Of a DNA stretch of 64,000 nucleotides, positions 8,509 to 18,036 are shown piece after piece. The notes beneath the pieces were generated by a model. The model saw only the letters and a list, made by a program, of their open reading frames with translations. It made no database searches and had not been told where the DNA came from. Numbering within the stretch: position 1 is the first letter of the stretch; each line of letters starts with the position of its first letter. The stretch lies in the NCBI GenBank assembly GCA_903847955.1, contig CAINFA010000153.1, positions 2,805 to 66,804 on the forward strand, read 5' to 3'. A program made the translations under genes and the position numbers. The DNA comes from an uncultured Actinomycetes bacterium. GTDB taxonomy: Bacteria > Actinomycetota > Acidimicrobiia > Acidimicrobiales > RAAP-2.

Positions 8509-9729
8509 TCAGAACCAGGTTGAGCACCACGGCGCACGCAGCGTGCCGAAGAGCAGGTCGGCCCGTGCAGCTGCACCGGGCACGAGCTCGCGAACCCAAC
8601 CGGCGTGCTCGAGGTCCGTCCAACGATGCCCGCCCAAGTAGGCGGCCCCTAAGGCCCCGACACTGGCCTCGAGCTCAGCCGACCTCGGAGTTCGCTTACA
8701 ACTGGCTCCCTCAGGCGACCCATCGAGTTCGAAGCGCCCATCTGCGTAGCCAGAGGGGTCGTGCACCTCGATCACGAGCTGGCCCGCAACCTGGTACCGG
8801 CGCGCCTCGAGCATCGCCTCCACATCGAGTGGACGTAGCCACAGGTGGTCGTGGGAGCCCGCAACGGTTACCTTGCGGGCGTCGTGGAGCAGCAGCGGCA
8901 AGAGCTCGTCGGTTGGACGCATCGGTGCCTCGACCATGACGGCGAGGTCGAGCTCAGCAACGAATCCCCACAGCGCTCGGTAGGCCTCGGCACCGAGCGC
9001 GACGAGCTCGTGGACGACCACCGTGCCGTGGTGGCGCAGGTCCGAGGTCTGCGGCTTGCCCTCGTAACGCACGTAGCCGGCGAGCTCCCCCGCCGCTCCG
9101 TAGAACACGGCTTGGGTTCCCTGCACCTGGGGCCGACCGGCGATGCTCCGCTGCCCGGTGACCACTTCCCACCACACCTCGTTGCGGTCGATGCTGCCAG
9201 GCTGAGCTCGACGGAACTGGTCGTAGATGCCAGGGGCGACCTCGAGGAACCTCACCGGGTCAACGAGCTCCAGGCGTCCAGTCGAGGGTCGCGTGAAGCG
9301 GAGCCCGCCCGTTGCCACCTCGTAGCGCACTGACGTCGTGGCCGGCCCGTAGCCGAACCTCCCGTAGATCGGGTACTCGGCCGCAATCAGGGTCGAGCAT
9401 GCTTCGCCCCGGTCCTTCGCTGCGTCGAGCTCGCGGGTGGCCATCTCGGTCAGCAACCCTCGGCGGCGGTGCGAGGGGGCAACCGTCACGTTCGTCAGCC
9501 CCGAGGCCGCCAGCACGCCACCGCCCGGGACGGTGAGTTCTTGGAGGTCGGACCGCAAGGTGGCCACCACCGCCGCACCCTCGAACGCGCCCAGCATCCT
9601 CGTGCGGTCGATGGTCTCGACGTAGTGCTGCGCGAGGCCCTCTGCAGTGGGCTGGAAGAACGTCCGGTACATCTGGTCGACCCAGGCCGGGAACTCCTCG
9701 ACCTCGACAGCTCTGACGTTCGGGGCCAT
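8509..9729 (-). CDS. Eis-like GNAT N-acetyltransferase with C-terminal SCP2-like domain
   Basis: VTVAPSHRRRGLLTEMATRELDAAKDRGEACSTLIAAEYPIYGRFGYGPAT is the typical Eis-family GNAT core, and the length (~400 aa) fits. The start is ATG 9729 or GTG 9765. Confidence 0.7.
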   Translation of the reverse strand: MAPNVRAVEVEEFPAWVDQMYRTFFQPTAEGLAQHYVETIDRTRMLGAFEGAAVVATLRSDLQELTVPGGGVLAASGLTNVTVAPSHRRRGLLTEMATRELDAAKDRGEACSTLIAAEYPIYGRFGYGPATTSVRYEVATGGLRFTRPSTGRLELVDPVRFLEVAPGIYDQFRRAQPGSIDRNEVWWEVVTGQRSIAGRPQVQGTQAVFYGAAGELAGYVRYEGKPQTSDLRHHGTVVVHELVALGAEAYRALWGFVAELDLAVMVEAPMRPTDELLPLLLHDARKVTVAGSHDHLWLRPLDVEAMLEARRYQVAGQLVIEVHDPSGYADGRFELDGSPEGASCKRTPRSAELEASVGALGAAYLGGHRWTDLEHAGWVRELVPGAAARADLLFGTLRAPWCSTWF

Positions 9730-9813
9730 GGCCTGACGGTAGCCAATGGAGGGCCGGCGAGCCACCTCGGTGCCCTAGGTTACGGAGGTTCACTTGGCGC
9801 ATGAGGAGCATCC

Positions 9814-10890
9814 ATGGCATCCCCCTTCGAACCTGTCAGCTTCACCCACGGTCCCGCGATGGCGAATCGATTCATGCTGGCCCCCCTCACCAACCTCCAG
9901 AGCCACCCCGATGGGACCTTGAGCGCCGACGAGGAGCACTGGCTCGTCAAGCGGGCCGAGGGAGGCTTCGGGCTGACCATGACCTGCGCCAGCCACGTCC
10001 AGGCGATCGGCCAGGGGTTCCCTGGGCAGCTGGGCTGCTTCGGTGAAGAGCACCTCGAGGGGCTCACCCGACTCGCCACCAAGATCAACGCGACCGGCAG
10101 CGTGTCGGTGGTCCAGCTCCACCACGCCGGCATGCGCTCTCCCGCTGAGTTGATCGGCACCCAACCGGTGGCGCCCTTCGACGACCCTGACACCGGAGCC
10201 CGTGCGCTCACCACCGCCGAGGTTGAGGCGGTCATCGAGGACTTCGTGGCTTCCGCCGAGCGGTGCCAGCGGGCAGGCTTTGCTGGCGTTGAGCTGCACG
10301 GTGCCCATGGCTACCTGCTCTGCCAGTTCCTCGACGGTGAGCACAACCACCGCACCGACGGCTACGGCGGGTCCCTCGAGAACCGGGCCAAGGTGCTGCT
10401 CAGCTGCGTCTCTCAGATCCGCCAGCGCTGTGGAGAAGACTTCCACCTCGGCGTGCGGCTCTCCACCGAACGCTTCGGAATCTCGACGCCTGAGATGCTG
10501 ACCCTCTACCGCTGGCTGGTCGACACCGGCGAGGTCGACCTCATCGACCTCTCGCTGTGGGATGCCTTCAAGGTGGCCTTCGACGAGGAGTTCGCTGGAC
10601 GCCGCGTGCTCGAGCTGTTCACCGAACTCGACCGTGGAGCCGTCCGACTCGCGGCCGCAGGCAGGATCTACAACGGTGCAGACGTTCGCCTCGCGCTCGA
10701 CCTTGGTGCCGACATCGTCGCCCTCGGGCGGGCTGCCATCACCAACCACGACTTCCCTCGCCAGCTCGAGGCCAACCCAGACTTCGCCATGCGCACCTTG
10801 CCTGTCCCGGCGAGCGTGCTGGCCAAGGAGGGACTCTCCCAGACCTTCATCGATTACATGTCAGGCTGGAATGGCTTCGTCGAGGCCTGA
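9814..10890 (+). CDS. NADH:flavin oxidoreductase, Old Yellow Enzyme family
   Basis: NRFMLAPLTNLQSHPDG, GGFGLTMT, TTAEVEAVIEDFVASAERCQRAGFAGVELHGAHGYLLCQFL and HNHRTDGYGGSLENR are classic OYE/NemA-like blocks. Confidence 0.85.
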   Translation: MASPFEPVSFTHGPAMANRFMLAPLTNLQSHPDGTLSADEEHWLVKRAEGGFGLTMTCASHVQAIGQGFPGQLGCFGEEHLEGLTRLATKINATGSVSVVQLHHAGMRSPAELIGTQPVAPFDDPDTGARALTTAEVEAVIEDFVASAERCQRAGFAGVELHGAHGYLLCQFLDGEHNHRTDGYGGSLENRAKVLLSCVSQIRQRCGEDFHLGVRLSTERFGISTPEMLTLYRWLVDTGEVDLIDLSLWDAFKVAFDEEFAGRRVLELFTELDRGAVRLAAAGRIYNGADVRLALDLGADIVALGRAAITNHDFPRQLEANPDFAMRTLPVPASVLAKEGLSQTFIDYMSGWNGFVEA

Positions 10891-11266
10891 GGTAGGCGCC
10901 GTGGCGAACGCGTTCGACCGGCTCGAGGAGTTGGCGCTCTCGTTCCCCGAGTCCACACGAGTGGACGTCGAGGCCTGGGGTGGGGAGCCCACCTTCCGGG
11001 TGGCTGGGAAGAACTTCATCTTCACCTCCACCGAGGCGAGGTCCATCACCGTCAAGCTCGGGCCTGAGGAGGCCGCAGCGGTCGTGGCCACCACCCCAGG
11101 GGCCACGCCCACCGGCTACGGCCTCGGCCGCCACGGCTGGGTCACCATCCCCATCCCACCCCGCCCCACCGCATCGCAGTGGCGGGAGCTCGCCGAGTGG
11201 GTTACCACGTCGTACGACCTGGTCGCCCCCAAACGCCTGCGCCGAGCTCGCACCGAGCACGCCTGA
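10871..11266 (+). CDS. MmcQ/YjbR-family protein
   Basis: AFDRLEELALSFPESTRVDVEAWGGEPTFRVAGKNFIF...GLGRHGWVTIPI...LAEWVTTSYDLVAPKRL matches the YjbR/MmcQ pattern. The start is ATG 10871 (overlapping the OYE gene end) or GTG 10901. The track ORF from 10562 is over-extended. Confidence 0.6.
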   Translation: MASSRPEVGAVANAFDRLEELALSFPESTRVDVEAWGGEPTFRVAGKNFIFTSTEARSITVKLGPEEAAAVVATTPGATPTGYGLGRHGWVTIPIPPRPTASQWRELAEWVTTSYDLVAPKRLRRARTEHA

Positions 11267-11352
11267 GTCCGACGAACCTCGCGGAGCCCTTCCCCCTCGG
11301 ATCCTCTTGCCCTAGATTGCCCTCATCAGCGCCCGTTCGATCGAGGAGCCCT

Positions 11353-12177
11353 ATGCCATCGAAGCGCCACCGCACCGTCATCGCTGGCCTCACCGTCGTG
11401 GCGGCGGGAGTCGCCCTTGGAGCAACGGCCATGGCGGGTGGCTCCACCACTCGTCTCGTGCCCATGGCCGTCATGACGGGGCTCAATGGCCCCCAAGGCA
11501 TCACCGTCAACGTGGCCGGCAACCTCTACGTTGCCGACAACAACGCGAACGAGGTGCTGGAGTTGACCCACCAAGGACACGTCGTGACCGTCGGGAGCGG
11601 CTTCAGTCATCCCTCTGGCGTGGCCGCCAACAAGAAGGGTGACGTCTGGGTTGCCGACACCGGCCACAACCGGGTGGTGGAGGTCAACCACTTCGGCGTG
11701 ATGACCACGGTGGCGACCGGCTTCTCCCTCCCCACCGGCGTGGCGGTGGATGCCAGCGGGGACGTCTTCGTCGCCGATACCTTCGGCAACCGCATCGTCG
11801 AGGTCACGCCCTCGGGTTCCCAGCGAACCATCGGCACCGGCTTCCACTTCCCCCAGGGTGTGGCGGTGCAGCCCAACGGCAACGTGTACGTCGCCGATAG
11901 TGGCAACCACCGGGTCGTCGAGGTCACCCCCACTGGCACCCAGCGTACCGTTGCGACCGGGGTCACCGACTTCTCCGTGGCAGTGACGGCTGCAGGCACC
12001 GTGTTCACCTTCGATGACACGACGAGCTCGAACGCCATCGTCGAGATCTCCCCGAACGGTCACGAGCACATCCTCGGTCCCACCTACAACGTGCCCTACG
12101 GCATCGCCGTTGGCCCCTCGGGCAACCTGTTCGTCTCGGACTCCTCTAACAACGAGGTCTTCAAGCTGCTCCGCTGA
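11353..12177 (+). CDS. Secreted NHL-repeat six-bladed beta-propeller protein
   Basis: ATG 11353 has GAGGAG upstream and gives the signal peptide MPSKRHRTVIAGLTVVAAGVALGATAMAGG. About six ~42-aa NHL repeats follow: GPQGITVNVAGNLYVADNNANEVLEL, HPSGVAANKKGDVWVADTGHNRVVEV, LPTGVAVDASGDVFVADTFGNRIVEV, FPQGVAVQPNGNVYVADSGNHRVVEV, VPYGIAVGPSGNLFVSDSSNNEVFKL. Confidence 0.8.
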   Translation: MPSKRHRTVIAGLTVVAAGVALGATAMAGGSTTRLVPMAVMTGLNGPQGITVNVAGNLYVADNNANEVLELTHQGHVVTVGSGFSHPSGVAANKKGDVWVADTGHNRVVEVNHFGVMTTVATGFSLPTGVAVDASGDVFVADTFGNRIVEVTPSGSQRTIGTGFHFPQGVAVQPNGNVYVADSGNHRVVEVTPTGTQRTVATGVTDFSVAVTAAGTVFTFDDTTSSNAIVEISPNGHEHILGPTYNVPYGIAVGPSGNLFVSDSSNNEVFKLLR

Positions 12178-12305
12178 GCCCGAGCCTCAAGTGAGTTGCT
12201 TCATGGGCACGGGGGCGGTGAAGGTCTCCGTACCTCGGTCGAGTACGAGTGGAGAGCGACCCCGTTGGAGAAACTGCCGCAGGGACCGCTTTCGGTGCAG
12301 CAGAA

Positions 12306-12329
12306 GGGCCGGTCCTCTCGGACCGGCCC
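12306..12329. terminator. Perfect 10-bp GC-rich hairpin, likely terminator for the tRNA (minus) and possibly the NHL gene (plus)
   Basis: GGGCCGGTCC-TCTC-GGACCGGCCC. On the minus strand it lies 17 nt after the tRNA 3' end and is followed by TTCTGCTG. Confidence 0.45.
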
Positions 12330-12345
12330 GTCACTGCAGTTGCGA

Positions 12346-12422
<77 letters not shown>

Positions 12423-12511
12423 TTGGGACTGCAATGCTACACGAACTCCGAGCCCCCTCGCACGGCGACCGCTCGGACCGAGGCGCTGTGGGTGACCCTG
12501 GAGTGAACCGT

Positions 12512-13351
12512 TCAGCCCTCCAGCATTGACGCCACGTGGTCGGGCACGTACCGCATCGTGGAGGGAGCAGGGCGCTCGTAGCCGTCATCACGCTGTCGCT
12601 CCGGCAGGTCGATGCTGGGCTCGAAGACGTCGACGTAGGGCACTGTCGACAGGAGGTGCGCGATGCAGTTCAGCCTGGCGTGGCGCTTGGAGTCTGATGG
12701 GACCACGATCCACGGCGCTTCGTCGGTGTCGGTGGCGGCGAACATGGCGTCCTTGGCCTTGGAGAACTCGACCCATCGACGACGGGCTTCGAGGTCGACC
12801 GGTGAGAGCTTCCAGCGCTTGAGCGGATCACGCAGGCGATCTTCGAACCGCCGCTCCTGCTCATCGTCAGAGACCGAGAACCAGTACTTGCGCAGCAGGA
12901 TCCCCGCTTCGAGCAGCAGATGCTCGAACGTCGGACACTGCGCCAAGAACAGCTCGTACTCGGCATCAGTGCAGAAGCCCATGACCCGCTCCACCCCGGC
13001 CCGGTTGTACCAACTGCGATCGAACAGCACGATCTCGCCGGTCGCGGGGAGGTGTGCGACGTAGCGCTGGAAGTACCACTGACCCTGCTCTCGACCGGTG
13101 GGGGTCGGCAAGGCGACGACGCTGACCACCCGTGGGTTGAGGTGCTCGGTGATGCGATTGATCGTGCCGCCCTTGCCCGCACCGTCGCGACCCTCGAAGA
13201 CCACGACCACCTTGGCGCCAGTGGCCTTGACCCACTCTTGGAGCTTGACCAGTTCGACCTGAAGCCGGTGGAGCTCGACGTCGTAGGCATCCCTCGAGAG
13301 CTCAGGTGTGCTCGGCGAAGTGGCCGACGACGACACCGTGCCTCGAGGCAT
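12512..13351 (-). CDS. ppk2: Polyphosphate kinase 2 (PPK2)
   Basis: VVVFEGRDGAGKGGTINRITEHLNPRVVSVVALPTPTGREQGQWYFQRYVAHLPATGEIVLFDRSWYNRAGVERVMGFC is the PPK2 Walker A/lid region. The ATG lies 2 nt after the UPF0182 stop. Confidence 0.9.
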   Translation of the reverse strand: MPRGTVSSSATSPSTPELSRDAYDVELHRLQVELVKLQEWVKATGAKVVVVFEGRDGAGKGGTINRITEHLNPRVVSVVALPTPTGREQGQWYFQRYVAHLPATGEIVLFDRSWYNRAGVERVMGFCTDAEYELFLAQCPTFEHLLLEAGILLRKYWFSVSDDEQERRFEDRLRDPLKRWKLSPVDLEARRRWVEFSKAKDAMFAATDTDEAPWIVVPSDSKRHARLNCIAHLLSTVPYVDVFEPSIDLPERQRDDGYERPAPSTMRYVPDHVASMLEG

Positions 13352-13353
13352 GC

Positions 13354-16300
13354 TCAGCGGACGGCCGCGGCCGCCCGCTGAGCAGCAGTGGTGGTCGTCG
13401 ATGGCTTGGTCGTGGTGGTTGGCGCCGTCGTGGTCGTCGACGACGTCGAGGCTCGCTGGGTGGTCGTGGTCACCGGAGTCGTCGTGGTCGTCGTGGTCGA
13501 GGTGGACTTGGTCGTCGGCTGGTTGTGCTTCTCCTCGGCCAACAGCAGCGCCTCGGCCTGACTGAGGTAGTTGGCAGCTTGCTCGTTGTCGTGCTGGTAC
13601 GCGCCGAGGTCGGCGTGGTGCAAGGCCACCGAGGCGGCGTCGCTGGCCGCGATGGCCTGGGCGATCAGGTTGCGGATCTGCCCCGAGATCGGACCCGTCC
13701 CGGCCGACCCGCCCGATGGCACCGACGGTGCTGAGGCGCCGAAGACGTCGTCGAGCGCACCTTGGAGCGTGGGCTCGAAGCCAATCACGTTGTTGTAGTC
13801 AGCGATGACGTACTTCAACTGGGGGAGGTTGGCACTCGAGGAGACGTAGACCGGCCGGAGGTAGAGTACCGAGCCGTTGACCGGAATCATCAACAGGTTC
13901 GACAGCAGGACCTGGCTGCCCTCCTTGTTGAGCAAGGTGAACGCTTGGGAGACGCTCGGGAAGCCCAGCATGGCACTCGACACAGTCTCTGGTCCGGGGA
14001 TGGCGTGGTTGGGCGGGGTGACGTAGACCACGAGACGTCCGAAGCTCGGTCCCGGATCGGAGTCGACCATCATCACCGCCGCCAGGTTGAGCACCCGGTC
14101 ATTGTTCGAGGCAGGCACGAAGGCCTCGGTGGCTTCGAAGCTCTGCTGGGTCGAGCCTGGTGCAGCCTCGACCTGGAAGAGCGGCGCCATCCGGTCGGCC
14201 TGGACGCCGTAGGTGGCCTCGTTCGCAACTTCTTGGGAGACGGCGTTGATGCTGGAGTAACTCCCGACCCCAGGAGTGGGTGAGATGTTCCAGGCGTCCG
14301 CCGCCGAGTAGAAGTCTCCTGCTGAGGCGATGTGGTAGCGGCCCCACACTGCGGCCTCGGTCGAGATGAGGTCCGAGGGGTAGCGGATGTGCTGGAGCAG
14401 GTCGGCTGGAAGCTGGCTCGCTGAGGTGAACAGGTGCGGGAAGGCCGCCTCGTAGACCTTCAAGATGGGGTCGCTCGGATCCCAGGCGTAGAAGGTCATC
14501 TGCCCCGAGTAGGCGTCGACGATGACCTTGACCGAGTCCCGCACGTAGTTGAAGCCCTGGAAGAGGTTCGACCCCGAGGGGAACAAGAACGAGGACGAAC
14601 TGGCGTTTTGCGCGTAGGGGTACCCATCTGAGGTGGTGTAGCCGTCGAGCACCCACTCGATGTGGCCATCGTTGCTGACCACGGCGTAGGGCTGGGAGTC
14701 GATGGTCAAGAAGGGCGCGGCCTTCTGGGCCATGGCCACCACGTCACGAACGAACAACACCCGCGACTGCGGGGTGATCTGGCTTGAGATGAGGAAGTTC
14801 CAGTCTCCGAGCCGCAGTGCGAGGGCAATGCGCCGGAAGAGGTTGCCCACCTTTACCCCTCCGGGGCCCTTGTAGTGGGTCTCCTCATTGGATCCATTGG
14901 GCCGCTGGTAGTCCTGCTCCACCTGCTTGGTGTCGGCCACCACGTAGCCCGGTTGGTCGACGGCGAAGTAGACGCCACCTTGGGTGACGGTTGGGAACCC
15001 GGACCCCGTCGTGGTGGGAGGGATGTTGTTGATGGCGAACTGCGGGTTGCCAATGGAGGTGGCTTGGTTGGCGTAGGCCACCGCCACCCCTGCCCCGTGG
15101 GTGTACTGCAGGTGGGTGTTGACCCAGGTCGGGTTCTGCAGGTCGGGGTTGGTCGAGCGAACCCCTACCACCACCGGCACCACCTTGCCGTTGACCACGT
15201 AGCGGTCAATCGAGGTGGACTGGAAGGCGTAGTACGACCGAATCGCCTGGAGCGCTTGGAAGCTCGCCAAGCTGATCGATGCGTCGGGATCCCAAAGTCG
15301 AGCATTGACGAGGCTGGGCTCGGCCTCGGTCAGGCTGTCAGCGGTCGTGGCAGAGGTGCCGGCGTAGGTGAGGGTCTGGACATCCCCCAAGCCATACGCG
15401 GCGCGGGTGGCCTCGATGTTGCGCTGGATGTAGGGCTTCTCCAAGGTCGACTGGTCCGGGGTCACCTTGAGCGCCTGCAGGGCAGTTGGGTAGATCACGC
15501 CGACCACCACCGCCACGAGCGCCCACAGTCCACCAGCCAGCACTGGCAGCGCCCAGCCTTTGCGCCTGATGTTGACGAGGAGGATGCCAGCCGCAGCGAT
15601 CGACACCAGCAACAAGAGGTGGATCGCTGGAATCCGAGCGTGGACGTCGGTGTAGGTGGCGCCCTCGACGGGGCCATTCTGGGCGGTGGTGAGTGCGTAG
15701 GGCTGGAGGTAGTACGCCACGGCCTTGCCGATGGCGATCAACGCCAGGAGCACCGAGAGGTGCACCTTGACCCGACCGCTCACCCGATCGCCAACTCGCT
15801 GGAGGCGGATGCCGCCGTTGAGGTAGTGGAAGATTCCCGTGAGGGCCAACACGGCCACGAGTGAGACGACGAACCAGTTCACCACGAAGCTGTAGAAGGG
15901 CAGCTTGAACAGGTAGAAGCTGAGGTCTTTGTGGAACTGTGGGTCGGTGGCGCCAACGGTCACCGAGTTCGACAGCAAGATCCAGTTCCGCCACTGCGGC
16001 ACCGCCGTCGCGCCGGCGATGAGCGAGCACAGCAACGCGAGGGCGAGGTACACCCGGGTCGAGATCGGATGGATGAGCTCTTGGAAGCGCCGTACGAACT
16101 CGTCGTCGGCCTCGAGGGTCTGCTCCTTGCGCCCAATGGAGTCGCACAGGTAGAGGTTGACGAAGACCCCGAGGAAGAAGACGGCGGCGAAGCTCACGAA
16201 GAGCCCAACTTTGATGCGGAACATCTCAGCCCACACCGAGGACAGCTGCACCGAGGAGAACCACATCTGGTCGGTCCACACCGAGGCCAGGGTCTTCAGT

Positions 16301-16404
16301 GAGCCGAAGAGGATGACGAGCAGGACCACCGCGCTGATGAGCAGGATCCTTCGCCGGCGACGGCGCGGGGCCAAGGATGGGTCAGGTGGTGCTGTGTCGG
16401 TCAC
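13354..16404 (-). CDS. UPF0182-family large membrane protein with Thr-rich C-terminal tail
   Basis: 1016 aa, with N-terminal multi-TM region then a large extracytoplasmic domain. The size and layout match the actinobacterial UPF0182 family (Rv3193c-like, from memory). The last ~60 aa are low-complexity (TTKSTSTTTTTTTPVTTTT...TTTTAPTTTTKPSTTTT). Confidence 0.75.
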   Translation of the reverse strand: MTDTAPPDPSLAPRRRRRRILLISAVVLLVILFGSLKTLASVWTDQMWFSSVQLSSVWAEMFRIKVGLFVSFAAVFFLGVFVNLYLCDSIGRKEQTLEADDEFVRRFQELIHPISTRVYLALALLCSLIAGATAVPQWRNWILLSNSVTVGATDPQFHKDLSFYLFKLPFYSFVVNWFVVSLVAVLALTGIFHYLNGGIRLQRVGDRVSGRVKVHLSVLLALIAIGKAVAYYLQPYALTTAQNGPVEGATYTDVHARIPAIHLLLLVSIAAAGILLVNIRRKGWALPVLAGGLWALVAVVVGVIYPTALQALKVTPDQSTLEKPYIQRNIEATRAAYGLGDVQTLTYAGTSATTADSLTEAEPSLVNARLWDPDASISLASFQALQAIRSYYAFQSTSIDRYVVNGKVVPVVVGVRSTNPDLQNPTWVNTHLQYTHGAGVAVAYANQATSIGNPQFAINNIPPTTTGSGFPTVTQGGVYFAVDQPGYVVADTKQVEQDYQRPNGSNEETHYKGPGGVKVGNLFRRIALALRLGDWNFLISSQITPQSRVLFVRDVVAMAQKAAPFLTIDSQPYAVVSNDGHIEWVLDGYTTSDGYPYAQNASSSSFLFPSGSNLFQGFNYVRDSVKVIVDAYSGQMTFYAWDPSDPILKVYEAAFPHLFTSASQLPADLLQHIRYPSDLISTEAAVWGRYHIASAGDFYSAADAWNISPTPGVGSYSSINAVSQEVANEATYGVQADRMAPLFQVEAAPGSTQQSFEATEAFVPASNNDRVLNLAAVMMVDSDPGPSFGRLVVYVTPPNHAIPGPETVSSAMLGFPSVSQAFTLLNKEGSQVLLSNLLMIPVNGSVLYLRPVYVSSSANLPQLKYVIADYNNVIGFEPTLQGALDDVFGASAPSVPSGGSAGTGPISGQIRNLIAQAIAASDAASVALHHADLGAYQHDNEQAANYLSQAEALLLAEEKHNQPTTKSTSTTTTTTTPVTTTTQRASTSSTTTTAPTTTTKPSTTTTAAQRAAAAVR

Positions 16405-16430
16405 GTGCCGAGCCTAGGCCCCACGTAGGG

Positions 16431-17960
16431 TCAACTCGTCGGCGCGACGAGGCAGCGGCACCCAGGGTGCACCGGCGGGTAGCGATGCCCCGTGGGGAAC
16501 TCCTCGCCTGCTCGGAGCGGACCAGCCAGGGCGTTGTCGGCGCAGTCGACGCACGCCGGACCGTCGCCGCCGACGATCCATCGCACACCGCTGACGCCGC
16601 CGGCGTGGACCCCGGCGAGTACGCCGGTGTTGAAGCTGGAGAGCACCGCATCGCCCACCAAGCGCTCGACCCGCTGGCCTCGCCACTCCTTGAAGGCTGC
16701 GCCAACTGCCTCGGGGCTCAGCTCAGCGCCGAACGCATCAAGGTGTCGACGCAGCAGGGTCACCACCGTTGCAGCCAGCTGCTCGGCTTGACCCTCGAGG
16801 ATCTCCTTCGAGACCATCGCACTGGCATCGGGGTCGGCGAAGCGAACCCCAGCTGCAGCAGCGTCGGCCAAGATCGGTTCGGCAGCGTTGAGGTACAGCT
16901 CCTGCTGCGCGCGCTCGTCCCCGAGGACCTCGCTCGCACCTTCGCCCCGCAGCGCTTCGAGCACGCGGTTCTGGTCGTCTTGCAGGGTCCGCTTGAGCTT
17001 TCGGCTCAGCGCGCTCACCGATGGCTCAATGGCGGCGTCTCGGGCAGCGAGCAGCGCAGCATCGCCGGTCAGGAGCGGAGCCGAGGGCTCGGTGGCGGGT
17101 TCGTCAGCAGCGGCTCGGATCTTGGCGAACAACTCGTCGACGCTCTTGTCCTCTCCAAGCAGCGGCTCGGCGGCATCTGCGGGTGGTTCGGCCGTCGTCG
17201 GCTCAACTTGCATCGGGTGGCGCCGTGCGACCTCGGCAGCAGCGATCTTCGCGTCCTCGTCGGAGCGGGCCAGCTCGGCGGTGATCCGATCGACGCTGTC
17301 GCGCACGCCGATCACCGCTGCCCCCAGCTCGTCACGCGCCGCACGCAGCTGCTCGATCTGCACCAGCATTCGGCGCCGACGCTGGTCCATGTCGGCCAGC
17401 ACCCGACGGCGCTGCTCTTGGGCTTGCTCGACCATGGTGCGACCCTGCTCACGAGCGTGGGCCACCAGCGTCTCTCCATCACCACGCGCCGCGTGGAGCA
17501 TGGCCTCGGCCCGGGACCGAGACTCGTGCTCGAGTGCGGTGGCCTGCAGCTCCACGTCGGCGATCCGTTGCCCAATCGAGGTCTCGGTCGCCACCTCGAG
17601 CTCGGTGGCCTGCTCTTGGGCCAGCCGCAGCATCTGCGCAGCGGACTGCTCTGCACGAGCGACGATCCGTGCCGCCTCCTCGTGGGCATTTCGCAGGACC
17701 TGGGCACTGGACTGACCGAGCGCGGCGGACAAGGTGGCTTCGTCGAGCACGGGGTGCTTGGCACGCTCCTCTGCCTCGGCGATCTGGCGACGCAGCTCTA
17801 CCTCGCGCGCCTCGACGCCGTTGAGCTCACGGGCGACGAGCTCGAGGAAGGATCGCACCTCGGCTGGGTCGAACCCCCGCCGCACGATGCCGAAGGAGTG
17901 GCGGACGACGTCGGCCGGGCTCAGCCGGGACGACGAGATCGAGGTGCGGTCGTCGGTCAT
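16431..17960 (-). CDS. DivIVA-domain coiled-coil protein with C-terminal phage Mu F-like (HPxCRC) module
   Basis: The N-terminus LSPADVVRHSFGIVRRGFDPAEVRSFLELVAREL is the DivIVA N-domain signature, followed by long coiled coils. The C-terminus is RWIVGGDGPACVDCADNALAGPLRAGEEFPTGHRYPPVHPGCRCLV. Confidence 0.7.
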   Translation of the reverse strand: MTDDRTSISSSRLSPADVVRHSFGIVRRGFDPAEVRSFLELVARELNGVEAREVELRRQIAEAEERAKHPVLDEATLSAALGQSSAQVLRNAHEEAARIVARAEQSAAQMLRLAQEQATELEVATETSIGQRIADVELQATALEHESRSRAEAMLHAARGDGETLVAHAREQGRTMVEQAQEQRRRVLADMDQRRRRMLVQIEQLRAARDELGAAVIGVRDSVDRITAELARSDEDAKIAAAEVARRHPMQVEPTTAEPPADAAEPLLGEDKSVDELFAKIRAAADEPATEPSAPLLTGDAALLAARDAAIEPSVSALSRKLKRTLQDDQNRVLEALRGEGASEVLGDERAQQELYLNAAEPILADAAAAGVRFADPDASAMVSKEILEGQAEQLAATVVTLLRRHLDAFGAELSPEAVGAAFKEWRGQRVERLVGDAVLSSFNTGVLAGVHAGGVSGVRWIVGGDGPACVDCADNALAGPLRAGEEFPTGHRYPPVHPGCRCLVAPTS

Positions 17961-18036
17961 GGCGACAGCCTAGGACCCGAGGCCCCGTGCACGACGGCTC
18001 TTCGACGGGCATTTTGGTCTTCTCGGCGATACTGAG

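Noticed and set aside
13380-13530. Repetitive GTCGTGGTCGTCG-type tract that at first glance resembles a tandem repeat array
   Set aside because: It is in frame inside the UPF0182 gene and encodes the poly-Thr tail. It has no spacer/repeat periodicity, so it is not a CRISPR or a non-coding repeat.
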